From Spirochaetota bacterium (lineage in GTDB: Bacteria > Spirochaetota > UBA4802 > UBA5550), in contig CAXXHB010000003.1 of the NCBI GenBank assembly GCA_963664815.2, positions 640,001-704,000 on the forward strand: 64,000 bases of DNA, read 5' to 3'. Every line of letters starts with the position of its first letter. Position 1 is the first letter of the stretch. Position numbers and translations under genes: made by a program. Positions 51,831 to 61,018 of this stretch are shown here, one piece after another. The notes under the pieces were generated by a model that was given only the letters and a program-made list of their open reading frames with translations, was not told the DNA's origin and did no database searches.

Positions 51831-52269
51831 TGCCTTTATCTTTTACCATATAAATATTATTCTGCACATCTGCTGATCTGCTGTTTCCTGAACAGTAACA
51901 GGTATATTCTGTAACTTTCGCTGAAGCAGATACAACCACTGCATCCCCTGTTCCGCCGTTTCCCGCTGGTGTTACAGGTGAACCGGGTGCAATGCCGCGA
52001 AGATATTCCGACATAAAAAGATTATACCCTGACTTTCTCTTCCTTTTAGCCCTCACCCTGTAAAGGTTCTTCTCCTCTTCCGGAAGTACCTGCCATGCTT
52101 TAACACTGCCGCTGAAATTACCCCTGCATTTCACCTGAGGTTCAGTGCGTGGATTAGCGGGTATTGTGCGTGCTTTAATGTAGATCTTTCCGTAGCGGCG
52201 GTAAAGCACAAGGCCGTCCAGGCCGCCATGTGCAGTTCTTAAATAGGGATGAAGCTTTACTCTAGCCAT
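51730..52269 (-). CDS. Hypothetical basic protein with NPRT-x-x-Q motif and HMG-box-like helices
   Basis: AAGGGAG RBS; GGLDGLVLY..G..Y..PANPRTEPQ..R..F..AWQVLPEEEKNLY..A..SGYNLFMSEYL, followed by a low-complexity tail. Confidence 0.7.
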   Translation of the reverse strand: MARVKLHPYLRTAHGGLDGLVLYRRYGKIYIKARTIPANPRTEPQVKCRGNFSGSVKAWQVLPEEEKNLYRVRAKRKRKSGYNLFMSEYLRGIAPGSPVTPAGNGGTGDAVVVSASAKVTEYTCYCSGNSRSADVQNNIYMVKDKGRSVKTGFKQYEDHIKNRFNTVSTSLSTEKNARL

Positions 52270-52657
52270 GTCATTTACTCTCCTTATTTATTATTATATT
52301 TTTTTATCGTTATATTGAGATTTATGCCTCTATATAACCAGTCCGGAAAAGCAAATGACATGGCGCAAGCAGAATTTTTAAAAAATTTCAGAATTGAATT
52401 GTGGACAGTTTAAGAAAACACCCACGGTTTAAAAATATTCCTGATTATGATTTACGTCTTTTAGAGATACTGGAATACAATATTTACTGGATATATCACG
52501 ATGATATTATTAATCAAATTAAAGACAGCCCACGAAGTTACATTAAAATTGAACAACATCTTATGAAAGCAGTACCTTTTTAAACATCATGTATGGGATG
52601 AAGTCGACAGACTTGATGAGATTGTGTAAAAGCTTTTCAAGGAAGCAATCCAGGCTG

Positions 52658-53266
52658 TCAGGATATTAAGCCTTCGGTTTTTAACCATTCCCTGACAAGA
52701 TCCAGATATTCATTATATGGTACGTTCTTTGTATCTTTTTTAGTATATCCTCTGCTCATAAGAGAATCATAAATATATCCCCAACAGTCATTGTACTTGT
52801 ACCATAATGCCGTCGGACCGAGTATATCACCTGTATATCTGTTATTTACAAACCAGTCTCTTATAATCTTTACTAATTCCTGGGGATCATTTTTATGGCA
52901 GAAAACATCAAATCCTGCATAATCAGATAAAGCTTTTTGGTATGAATACTTTTCACCTTCAAGTATAAGAAACTTTTTAGTCATTGATCCTTTTAGTCTT
53001 ATCCCAAAGTCTATACCAAGCTCAAAGGGCATATTGAAACGTGAATATTCATTCTTATCTTTTGATTTTATCCTTGATAAATCATGTATGCTTATTATTG
53101 AAACATCAATCAATGATGAAATCTTTTCAAGCCTGTTAGTCACACAATCGGAATCTTCCAGTGCAGTTCGCGGATTAAATCCATAATATAAAACTGAAAA
53201 AAGAATTATCCGGAATAAAGGGGTGTATCTGTTATCAAAAGGGCAGTTGATAAAAACATTTTTCAT
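52658..53266 (-). CDS. TIR/nucleoside-deoxyribosyltransferase-like protein
   Basis: NVFINCPFD, RLEKI, SIHDLSR, RFNMPFELG, LSDYAGFD; flavodoxin-like pattern with a conserved Glu. Confidence 0.65.
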   Translation of the reverse strand: MKNVFINCPFDNRYTPLFRIILFSVLYYGFNPRTALEDSDCVTNRLEKISSLIDVSIISIHDLSRIKSKDKNEYSRFNMPFELGIDFGIRLKGSMTKKFLILEGEKYSYQKALSDYAGFDVFCHKNDPQELVKIIRDWFVNNRYTGDILGPTALWYKYNDCWGYIYDSLMSRGYTKKDTKNVPYNEYLDLVREWLKTEGLIS

Positions 53267-53493
53267 TTTTTATCTTTGGGCGGCATCGGGTCACAGCCAT
53301 GACTGTCTTTGCTAGCTATTGTACCATCCTTTTTATGAATATATAATTCAGTTTTCTGATTAATACTTACCTGCCTGGCATACCTGACAGCATCCTGTTT
53401 ATTATCAAAATGCCTGGATGCTTTTTCATCACCGCTTTTTTTTATACTCCAGCCGCCTTTACCTGAAGGGACTACATGGTGCGATTTGGTCAT
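53263..53493 (-). CDS. DUF2188 domain protein
   Basis: HHVVPSGKGGWSIKKSGDEKAS..KQDAV..ELYIHKKDGTI..DSHGCDPMPPKD; GAGG RBS. Confidence 0.9.
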   Translation of the reverse strand: MTKSHHVVPSGKGGWSIKKSGDEKASRHFDNKQDAVRYARQVSINQKTELYIHKKDGTIASKDSHGCDPMPPKDKK

Positions 53494-53951
53494 AATTTAC
53501 CTCAGCTAAAATATCAAAATGCAATATATTTTATAAAAACACATGTTAATAAAAACTCTGAAATGTCAATAAAATCCGGTTTTTTACTGAAAATATTAAG
53601 CATCCTTCAGACAGCAAATCAAACACTCGAATTTTAATTAACTGATACAGACAGATAAGGGATCTGGCAACAGAGAATTACTTTTTGCTTCCGATAAGGA
53701 ATGGTATGTCTCCCGAATCAGGGGTTGTGAAGTGGATTTTTTGTGCGGTTCACTGTTGCCGATAACCCGGATGTCTCGGAAGATATTAAACTTTATACCC
53801 GGAAGATTTCCTGTGCTGTGAGTAAAACAGTTCTGACAGAGCTACTGTGAAATCTTGCAAAACAGAAGAAGTACCGGTATTTTGAAACTTTTTGAAAAAA
53901 CAGCTTGCGAACAACGGTTGCAGCTTCTATTATTTTATAATGGTGTGATAA

Positions 53952-54386
53952 ATGGAAAGTTCATTAAGACCAAAGCGCGCAGTATTTGTCGCGATTATGA
54001 CAATGATAAATTCATCATTAGCTGTCTTAATTGCCATAGCTGGATTAACAGATAAATCATCCGGGTATTCAGTAATCGAGACAGTTGTGTTTACTTTAAT
54101 TGTTGGCGTTATCCTGGGATCAGGTTTTTTTGTTTTGTCGGTATTTTTACTTAAGATGAAGAAATCAGCATATATTATTTTTACAGTCTTTTACGGCATC
54201 ATGACCCTTCTTTCAATAATTACATTTACAGGATCTGTATACTATGATTTCATTATCAGGAAGCAGGATTTTACATGGTCTATATCAAGAAATTTTATGT
54301 TTATGGTTTATTTTTTATATTTTTCACCGCTCTTTATCAGCCTGATAACGATAAGAAAGTATTTTAATAAAAAACAGGCGGCTTAA
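53952..54386 (+). CDS. Hypothetical 4-TM membrane protein
   Basis: 144-aa ORF with four hydrophobic segments. Confidence 0.7.
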   Translation: MESSLRPKRAVFVAIMTMINSSLAVLIAIAGLTDKSSGYSVIETVVFTLIVGVILGSGFFVLSVFLLKMKKSAYIIFTVFYGIMTLLSIITFTGSVYYDFIIRKQDFTWSISRNFMFMVYFLYFSPLFISLITIRKYFNKKQAA

Positions 54387-54437
54387 TGTGTATCTCTTTA
54401 AAATGATGCAATAATACGGCAAGTTATAGGAGAATTT

Positions 54438-55067
54438 ATGCTGATAAACAATCATTTCTATTCTTCGTGGTTTCCTTTTCTCCTGATGATACCCTTTTTA
54501 TGTGCTGCTGTTTTTATAATCTTAAAACGTCATACGCTGTTTAAATCTGTTGAGCAGTTTGTTTATTTAATCTCCCTGGGCCTGGGGTTCCTGTTTTTAA
54601 TTATTTTTCTTCTGATAGATTCAACAACAGGCCAGGTATGGATAATTACCAGAGGCATGGATGGATCAATTGTCAAAGATGAAAAAAGGCTGATGTGGTA
54701 TAGCAGTTACCATTTATCAAATGGGACAAAAGTTCAGCTTCATTCCACTGAATACCTCCTTGTGAATGATACAGATGTTCCGCTTACAGTTATTCCGGTA
54801 GTTTATATAAGCCGGAATTTTATCGGTAGTATTGAGGAATACCGGAAAAATAAAGATAAATATAGTAAAAATAAGAAGGCACAGAACTTTGTTAACTATA
54901 TTAATGAAAGGGTATTCAAAGGATTAAGAATTACAAAACCATTTTCAACGAGTGAGCATTCTTATTTGAAGTATTTTGGTTATAAAGAGGAGGCACCTAA
55001 GGAGAATGAATCTGTAAGCAGCACTGAGTCCAATAAAGTATCATCCTGGGCATGGGTTTTATACTGA
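54438..55067 (+). CDS. Hypothetical membrane protein
   Basis: AGGAG RBS; two N-terminal TMs and a soluble domain. Confidence 0.75.
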   Translation: MLINNHFYSSWFPFLLMIPFLCAAVFIILKRHTLFKSVEQFVYLISLGLGFLFLIIFLLIDSTTGQVWIITRGMDGSIVKDEKRLMWYSSYHLSNGTKVQLHSTEYLLVNDTDVPLTVIPVVYISRNFIGSIEEYRKNKDKYSKNKKAQNFVNYINERVFKGLRITKPFSTSEHSYLKYFGYKEEAPKENESVSSTESNKVSSWAWVLY

Positions 55068-55112
55068 TTAAAAAATACAGAAAAAAATATATTAAAGTGC
55101 AAAATTGAATTT

Positions 55113-55209
55113 TAATACCCCAGCCGCCTTTGGCGACTTGGGTATTAGTACGTCAGGCAGATGCTATTACCGTAACAATCACCGCCGCCTTTGGCGGCGG
55201 GGGTATTAG
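55113..55209. repeat. Two related GC-rich hairpins (REP- or IS200/IS605-end-like)
   Basis: TAATACCC-CAG-CCGCC-TTT-GGCG-ACTT-GGGTATTA and CCGCCGCC-TTT-GGCGGCGG-GGGTATTAG. Confidence 0.7.
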
Positions 55210-55277
55210 AGCATTTTATGCATATAATAAGTTAAGGAATTAATATTGAAAAAAATATTTTTCGAGTAAAATTCATT

Positions 55278-56003
55278 ATGATAAAGAATAAAATAATGCA
55301 GATAATTGAGAAAACCGGTGTTTTTATTTTCGGGATCATGATGCTCGCTGTTGCTGCTGCGATTATATATTTGACATTAACTGAATATATTTTTATAACT
55401 CTGAATCCTTCTACTCCAGCCATGATTACTGTTGATCAGTTAGACAAAGGGCATTTCCCGTATTTTATTTCAATGATGACCGGAAAGATCGATTATAACG
55501 ATTGCCGAGTAATTGTTGAGATGGGGATAATCAATAATAGATATTATAAAAGGGGAAAGGCATACCTCTATGTTTTCAGAGATGAATCATCTGATAAAGG
55601 TATTTATATTTTAACTAAATATGAGCCGGCTGATCTGATGAAAAAATATTCACCGGGTAAGATTCATAAATTAGCAGGAGTCTGGGAGAAATGGGGGCAT
55701 ACCTTTGATCTTGAGAAAGATCTTCGTACGATTGACAATTCGAAAATGATGAAGGATGCCGGGTGGTATAAAAATTTCAACAATGAGACAAATGTGATGC
55801 AGGATATAAAAAAAATGGGGAGAGTAATGAGCAGAATGCCTCTCTCTTCAGGATATCTTAATATAGACTACAAAGAGAATTATAAAAACCCTGGTGATTA
55901 TTTATGGGGTTTGTTTTTTACCGGTGTCTCCGGGATTTTTATTTACCTTATAGTATTTATATTATATAAAACAATATCATTGAAATTTTCAAAAGATCAG
56001 TAG
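55278..56003 (+). CDS. Hypothetical membrane protein (N- and C-terminal TM)
   Basis: 241-aa ORF with hydrophobic helices at both ends. Confidence 0.7.
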   Translation: MIKNKIMQIIEKTGVFIFGIMMLAVAAAIIYLTLTEYIFITLNPSTPAMITVDQLDKGHFPYFISMMTGKIDYNDCRVIVEMGIINNRYYKRGKAYLYVFRDESSDKGIYILTKYEPADLMKKYSPGKIHKLAGVWEKWGHTFDLEKDLRTIDNSKMMKDAGWYKNFNNETNVMQDIKKMGRVMSRMPLSSGYLNIDYKENYKNPGDYLWGLFFTGVSGIFIYLIVFILYKTISLKFSKDQ

Positions 56004-56188
56004 CCTGTTATTTTGAAATTGGAAAAACCGGAAGTTATATGCTGATATATTTTTCCAGTATTCTTCTGTATTAAAATCAATGAAGGTTGATTATCTATCT
56101 TGCGGTAATGAGACTCTGACATTGAAAGGAAGAGAAAATATCCGGCAATGTAGATTATATATACGAATAAAGGTTAAAATGGTGATAC

Positions 56189-56650
56189 ATGAAAAGATTA
56201 TTTTTAATTATGCTGTTACTGAGTGTTTCTTGTAATACCTTTACCAAAATGCCTCATCACAAAAATATAATTATCCAGTTCCGTCTCGTTGCAGAAGCAG
56301 ATGATGAGAATTCTGAAACATTTATTCTTAAAGGGAGAGGAGAGGAATTTAAACTTTCAAAGCATGTTGAGATAGATCAGGATGACTTTAGTTATGCGGA
56401 AGCGTCTAAAACAGAGTACAGCATGGACTGTATTGATTTTCAACTTAACAGCGCTGGTACTGAAAAGCTCTCCGCTCTCACAGCTCACGTATGGGAAGAA
56501 AACTACAATATGCAGCTGGGAGTAGTTATAGATAATCAGCTGGTCAATGTCGCGAGGATCAAAGAACATATAACAGGCGGCAAGGGACGGATTGCAGGAA
56601 AATTCACCAAACAGGAAGTTGCTGATATTGTCAAAAGAATCAATGAGTAG
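56189..56650 (+). CDS. Lipoprotein with stand-alone SecDF P1-head-like domain
   Basis: Lipobox LSVSC; IQFRLV..IDFQLNSAGTEKL..LT..LGVVIDNQLV..I..I.GG..I.G.FT..E resembles the SecD periplasmic head. Confidence 0.75.
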   Translation: MKRLFLIMLLLSVSCNTFTKMPHHKNIIIQFRLVAEADDENSETFILKGRGEEFKLSKHVEIDQDDFSYAEASKTEYSMDCIDFQLNSAGTEKLSALTAHVWEENYNMQLGVVIDNQLVNVARIKEHITGGKGRIAGKFTKQEVADIVKRINE

Positions 56651-56767
56651 AATTCAAAGGGGTATATTAACAAGCTGAATTTCCTGTATCAAAAACATGA
56701 AAAATTGAATTGTTCTCCAGAAATATATACTATTAGACAATGAAACGTAATTTTCAGGAGAATATGT

Positions 56768-58774
56768 ATGATGAATGTGAAAGGGTTGAATTCCAGGATA
56801 AGTATTATTATGGGTACTGTGATTGTTGCCGGTATCGGGGTAATGATAGTTCTTTCATACTGGAGTAATCTGAACCAGATAAAAAATATCGAGATCAACA
56901 AGGTGCAGCACGTATCGGGATTTGTAAAAAACTGTATAAATAATAATTATAGTAAATCCAGAATTATTCTTGATGCGATCGGTTGCGATGAATCGATGCT
57001 TAAGCTTTTCGCCTCCCGCGACAGAGAGGGTCTGATCAGGCATTGTTCAGGTCTGTATAATAAGTTAAAAGAGAACGGAGTACAGCAGTTTCATTTTCAT
57101 TTACCCCCTGCAACCTCTTTCGTAAGGTTTCATGATTATGAAAAATACGGGGATGATATGTCTAACCAGCGTTTTACCGTTGTTGAAGCTAACCGTCAGA
57201 AGAAAAGTATCCAGGGTCTTGAGGAGGGAAAGGGAGGAATCGGAATAAGATTTGTGCAGCCCCTTTTTTACCGGGGAATACATATAGGTTCTTTCGAGAT
57301 CGGAGGAAGTCTGGGTGAAAAATTCCTTAATAATCTGAGAGAGTTTCAACCGGGTGAATATTATGTTCATAGGGTGGAATTATCTCCTTCAACGGGAAAT
57401 ATTGTCAGGGATGATATTATTGCCGGTGATACCGGCAGATTGTCTGTAAGTTCGGAAATTCTTGGAAAATATCTTCCCGGTATTCTTGGGAAAGAAACTG
57501 TTTTTTTTCAGAAAGGCAGCAGACTGCATATACTCATACCTCTGGTCGATTTTAAAGAAGCTGTTATAGGGTATATACATGCGGACGCGGACAGGAGCGA
57601 TATAACACGTGAACAGACGGCGGCCCTTATCAGGGCGATTATTTCAGGGATTATTCTTATACTCTCCGTTCTTGCTGTCCTTGCTTATTATAATAAAAAA
57701 ATAATCATCCGGCCGATCAAAACCATCAGAAACAGGTTCGAGGAATATGCCGAAACAGGTAAACTTGATGAAGTTCTCAGTATTTCTTCAAAAGATGAAT
57801 TTGGGGAGCTGGCAGGTTATATTAATTCTTTCATGATTAAGATACAGCAGATAATAGAAGGCGTTGTTGAAACGACAGGTTTACTCGTAAATTCATCAGG
57901 GGATATGTCCAACTCCGCACAGTCATTTTCAAACCATGCCCAGTCGCAGGCATCATCAGTGGAGGAGATGTCAGCTGCGGTTGAGGAGCTTGTGGCCAGT
58001 GTGGATAGTATAGGAACCAGGCTGAATTCACAATTTAAAGCATTCGGCAATGTTATAGTAAAAATGGGGGATCTGTCATCCGTGATTAACATGATAGGTG
58101 ATATAAGCAGGGATTCCGAATCAGGTATTGCTTCCCTTGTCAGCAGCTCTGACGATTCTGAAAAGAATATGAACCTGCTGAAGCAGAGTATTAACTCAAT
58201 TCTGGTGAGTTCTAAAGAGATGGAATCCGTATTGAGGATTATTAATGAAATATCTGAAAAAATCAATCTTTTATCCCTGAATGCCGCTATTGAGGCTGCG
58301 AGGGCGGGTGAAAAGGGGAGAGGTTTTGCCGTAGTGGCGGATGAAATTTCAAAACTGGCCGAGCAGACGGCAGCAAGTCTCGGGGATGTGTCAAAGCTTA
58401 TAAACAAAAATAATGAACACATATCATCTGGAATAATGACCGCTGATGAGAGCATTAATTCAATTACGAATATCAATGACGGTATTAAAAAAATGGATCT
58501 ATTTATAAAAGATGTGAGAAGATTAATAACTGATCAGTTCGATTACAAGGAAAACATAAATTCTGAGCTTGAAACGATAAAAATGCTTTCGGGTGAAATA
58601 AAAACTTCGATTGAAGAACAGCGGGCGGCGTCAAATGAAATAATACTTTCAATAGGGAGCATAAACGAATCAATACAGGCTAATGCATCGGGCGCGGAGG
58701 AGATTTCGTCAGGGGTTGTTCTTATTGAGAAGCAATCTCTGAAATTAAAAGACAGAATACAGTTTTTTGTTTAA
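56768..58774 (+). CDS. Methyl-accepting chemotaxis protein (Cache-HAMP-MCP)
   Basis: TM-Cache (QFHFH..SFVRFH..GDD)-[45 protein letters not shown]. Confidence 0.95.
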   Translation: MMNVKGLNSRISIIMGTVIVAGIGVMIVLSYWSNLNQIKNIEINKVQHVSGFVKNCINNNYSKSRIILDAIGCDESMLKLFASRDREGLIRHCSGLYNKLKENGVQQFHFHLPPATSFVRFHDYEKYGDDMSNQRFTVVEANRQKKSIQGLEEGKGGIGIRFVQPLFYRGIHIGSFEIGGSLGEKFLNNLREFQPGEYYVHRVELSPSTGNIVRDDIIAGDTGRLSVSSEILGKYLPGILGKETVFFQKGSRLHILIPLVDFKEAVIGYIHADADRSDITREQTAALIRAIISGIILILSVLAVLAYYNKKIIIRPIKTIRNRFEEYAETGKLDEVLSISSKDEFGELAGYINSFMIKIQQIIEGVVETTGLLVNSSGDMSNSAQSFSNHAQSQASSVEEMSAAVEELVASVDSIGTRLNSQFKAFGNVIVKMGDLSSVINMIGDISRDSESGIASLVSSSDDSEKNMNLLKQSINSILVSSKEMESVLRIINEISEKINLLSLNAAIEAARAGEKGRGFAVVADEISKLAEQTAASLGDVSKLINKNNEHISSGIMTADESINSITNINDGIKKMDLFIKDVRRLITDQFDYKENINSELETIKMLSGEIKTSIEEQRAASNEIILSIGSINESIQANASGAEEISSGVVLIEKQSLKLKDRIQFFV

Positions 58775-59013
58775 AACCATGCTGCGGTATAGTTACAGGA
58801 GTTTAGCTTACCTCGTAACCACAGTAAAATTTCATTGACTGATGCTGATAAAGGATTGGGGTGTCAACTCAGAATTAATTTGATTCTTCTGATTAATATC
58901 ATTAAGTCCCCTGAATCAGGAATGGTCCATGATATTGAGGGTGCTGTAGTTCATGGGATTTCCTGTTATGGGTGTGATACCTCCTTTAATTTATTTTACC
59001 ATGTTTAACATAG

Positions 59014-59054
59014 TAATGTGGTCGCTCATGTGCATCCATGCACTCGCGACATTA
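59014..59054. repeat. REP-like nested hairpin
   Basis: TAATGT-G-GTCGC-TCAT-GTGCAT-CC-ATGCAC-TC-GCGAC-ATTA. Confidence 0.7.
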
Positions 59055-59125
59055 GTACCTCCGTGTCTGTCATCCCTGGCCGATTATCAATTGGCTGGTA
59101 CACGAAAAATTTGAAGGTAACACCT

Positions 59126-59325
59126 ATATTATCTGTATCAAAAACAGAACTCAAAGCGAAGATGCTGGAATACTTCCGCAGGGTGGAGCAGACCGGCGAA
59201 GAAATTATTGTCACAAACAACCGTGTGCCTGTTCTGAAAGTCTCACCATTAAAAAAAATAAAAGCCCTTAGGAGGTATTTGCCGGTTTTCAGGTGAAGGT
59301 CATATATAAAGAAGACATCCTTATG
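59126..59325 (+). pseudogene. Phd/YefM-family antitoxin pseudogene
   Basis: ILSVSKTELKAKMLEYFRRVEQTGEEIIVTNNRVPVLKVSP; probable start decayed to ATA after GAAGGT, frameshift in an A-run, then KSP*EVFAGFQVKVIYKEDIL; no toxin gene follows. Confidence 0.75.
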
Positions 59326-59328
59326 TTG

Positions 59329-59387
59329 CCAGTACCGGGGCATTGAAAAATATTTAAGTGATTAACACGGGTAGTATTCTATATAAA
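59329..59387 (+). repeat. Degenerate direct repeat, copy 1
   Basis: CCAGTACCGGGGCA..N10..TTTAAGTGATTAAC, matching 60841-60900. Confidence 0.65.
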
Positions 59388-59398
59388 CAACAATATAA

Positions 59399-59439
59399 AA
59401 ATCCCCTGATGTGAATATAGGTCACACATCAGGGGATTT
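59399..59439 (-). terminator. Rho-independent terminator of the oxidoreductase gene
   Basis: AAATCCCCTGATGTG / CACATCAGGGGATTT 15-bp stem. Confidence 0.8.
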
Positions 59440-59463
59440 AAGGATGAATTTTTAAGCAGTTTA

Positions 59464-60042
59464 TCACAACGCATTGATGGATTTTTCCGCTTCAGCAAGA
59501 TATTTCTTTCTTGTACCGTCATCTACAGAAGGTACGGCGCCGAAGAAAAAGTGTTCAACATCTGTCATGCCGCAGAACCTGAAAATTCCAATGTCCTGTA
59601 CCTGTTTCATTGAAGCATGCATACCGTTTGAGGCATACACTTCATCAGGAGTACCTGTTGTACTGAAAAGTCTTACCCTTTTGCCATTCAGAAATCCTCT
59701 GGCGCCGTTTGCGGTGAATTCGTAGGCAAAACCATGGGCGTAAACCCTGTCGATATACCCTTTGAGTATTGCGGGCAGACCGGTCCACCAGACCGGATAT
59801 ACGAAGGATATTATTTCCGCCCATGTCACAAGATCCTGCTCCGCTTTGATATCCGCCGGAACCCTGCCGCTGCCGAATTCTTTAAAATCAGCTGCGCTAA
59901 GTACAGGGTTGAAACCTTCAGCATAGAGATCCTTAATTTTTGTCTCAAATCCCTTTTTCATTGACGCCTTTTCGATTGTGTTCACAATCGCTTTTCCGAA
60001 ACTGTTTGTGTTCGGGTGTGCAAAAACTATCAGGTGGTTCAT
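59464..60042 (-). CDS. NAD(P)H-dependent quinone oxidoreductase (flavodoxin-2 family)
   Basis: AHPNTNSF, DLYAEGFNPVL, YPVWWTGLPAILKGYIDRV and GFAY motifs. Confidence 0.93.
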   Translation of the reverse strand: MNHLIVFAHPNTNSFGKAIVNTIEKASMKKGFETKIKDLYAEGFNPVLSAADFKEFGSGRVPADIKAEQDLVTWAEIISFVYPVWWTGLPAILKGYIDRVYAHGFAYEFTANGARGFLNGKRVRLFSTTGTPDEVYASNGMHASMKQVQDIGIFRFCGMTDVEHFFFGAVPSVDDGTRKKYLAEAEKSINAL

Positions 60043-60082
60043 GTTCTTTTACTCCTTTCTTTAATATTGCGTTATCAATAAT

Positions 60083-60096
60083 GTTCGACGTCGAAC
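60083..60096. promoter_or_regulatory. Probable MarR operator upstream of the oxidoreductase
   Basis: Perfect palindrome GTTCGACGTCGAAC; second copy at 60628. Confidence 0.8.
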
Positions 60097-60189
60097 TATT
60101 CTTTAAAACTGACCCTCATAAAATGAAAACAAGACCGAACCCTTTTTCACAGCTGATCATTCCGGTCATTAAGGAAATTCCCTTAAAAC

Positions 60190-60615
60190 TTATTCCAGAT
60201 TGATTTTAATCTTATTAAGTATTTCAAGGACATCTCTTTTCTCCGTTTCGGAAACTCCTTTGTAAACTGTACCGAGCAGAGTTTGTGAAACCTTATCAAA
60301 TATCTTCTGAAGAGAACGACCCTCCGGTGTAAGACGGACAAGATTTATACGGCTGTCATCAGGATCAGATGTTTTTTTTACATATCCTAAATTCTCCAGC
60401 TTCTCCACAAGAGTTGTGACAGTATTCTTTTTTTTATTGATAGCGGATGCCAGCTCAGACATCGGGATAGAATCTGCCCGAAACAGCCTTATTAGAATAT
60501 CGCCATGGGACGGAACTATTCCTTTTATACCGTTTTTTTCAAGTTCACTTATAATCAGTTCATTTGCCTTATGCCTGATCTGTGAAATAAGCGATATTAT
60601 CTGTCCTTCTCTCAT
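60190..60615 (-). CDS. MarR family transcriptional regulator
   Basis: SHGDIL, MSELA..KKNTVTTLVEKLE..GYV..DSR..V.LT..G. Confidence 0.93.
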   Translation of the reverse strand: MREGQIISLISQIRHKANELIISELEKNGIKGIVPSHGDILIRLFRADSIPMSELASAINKKKNTVTTLVEKLENLGYVKKTSDPDDSRINLVRLTPEGRSLQKIFDKVSQTLLGTVYKGVSETEKRDVLEILNKIKINLE

Positions 60616-60621
60616 AAAAAC

Positions 60622-60650
60622 AAAATAGTTCGATGTCGAACAATTGTCAA
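60622..60650 (-). promoter_or_regulatory. sigma70 promoter of marR with operator in the spacer
   Basis: TTGACA-17 nt-TATTTT ending 6 nt before ATG; the spacer contains GTTCGACATCGAAC (60628-60641). Confidence 0.75.
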
Positions 60651-60840
60651 GCCTTTTTTTAATTTTTTCATGAACACGGTTTGCCTGAGAGCAGTAGTCC
60701 GAATCTTTTCATCCCTTCAGGTAGTACTTATTTATTATATGGAAGAGATTTAAAGTATTTTGTTTTCGATGTTTTGATATGATTTGCGCCCCGGTTGGTG
60801 AGCCTGCCGAGCCACAGTATATGTAAGTAACAGTATGCCA

Positions 60841-60900
60841 CCAGAACCGGGGCAGTACAGGATATTTTAAGTGATTAACCGGAGCAGTTACATATATTAA
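60841..60900 (+). repeat. Degenerate direct repeat, copy 2
   Basis: CCAGAACCGGGGCA..N11..TTTAAGTGATTAAC. Confidence 0.65.
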
Positions 60901-60905
60901 AAAAA

Positions 60906-60960
60906 TTCCTTCATACACCCTCCGTATATCCTCCGTACATCCTTCGATAACCCTGCATAA
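60906..60960. repeat. Five tandem degenerate 11-bp repeats
   Basis: TTCCTTCATAC/ACCCTCCGTAT/ATCCTCCGTAC/ATCCTTCGATA/ACCCTGCATAA. Confidence 0.75.
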
Positions 60961-61018
60961 AAGAGGTACACTATACAGTTAGATGCTTTACTTTAAGTTC
61001 CCGGAATGATTTTGTAAA

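Noticed and set aside
52401-52630. 60-aa ORF with a possible frameshifted tail
   Set aside because: Looks like a gene fragment but no family could be assigned.
58780-59000. Perfect AAAGGAGGT SD on the minus strand
   Set aside because: No start codon at proper spacing and only a 12-codon ORF; at most an unassignable remnant.
60906-60960. CRISPR array (also considered for 44526-44573 and 55113-55209)
   Set aside because: No unique spacers of constant length, too few or too short repeats, and no cas genes.
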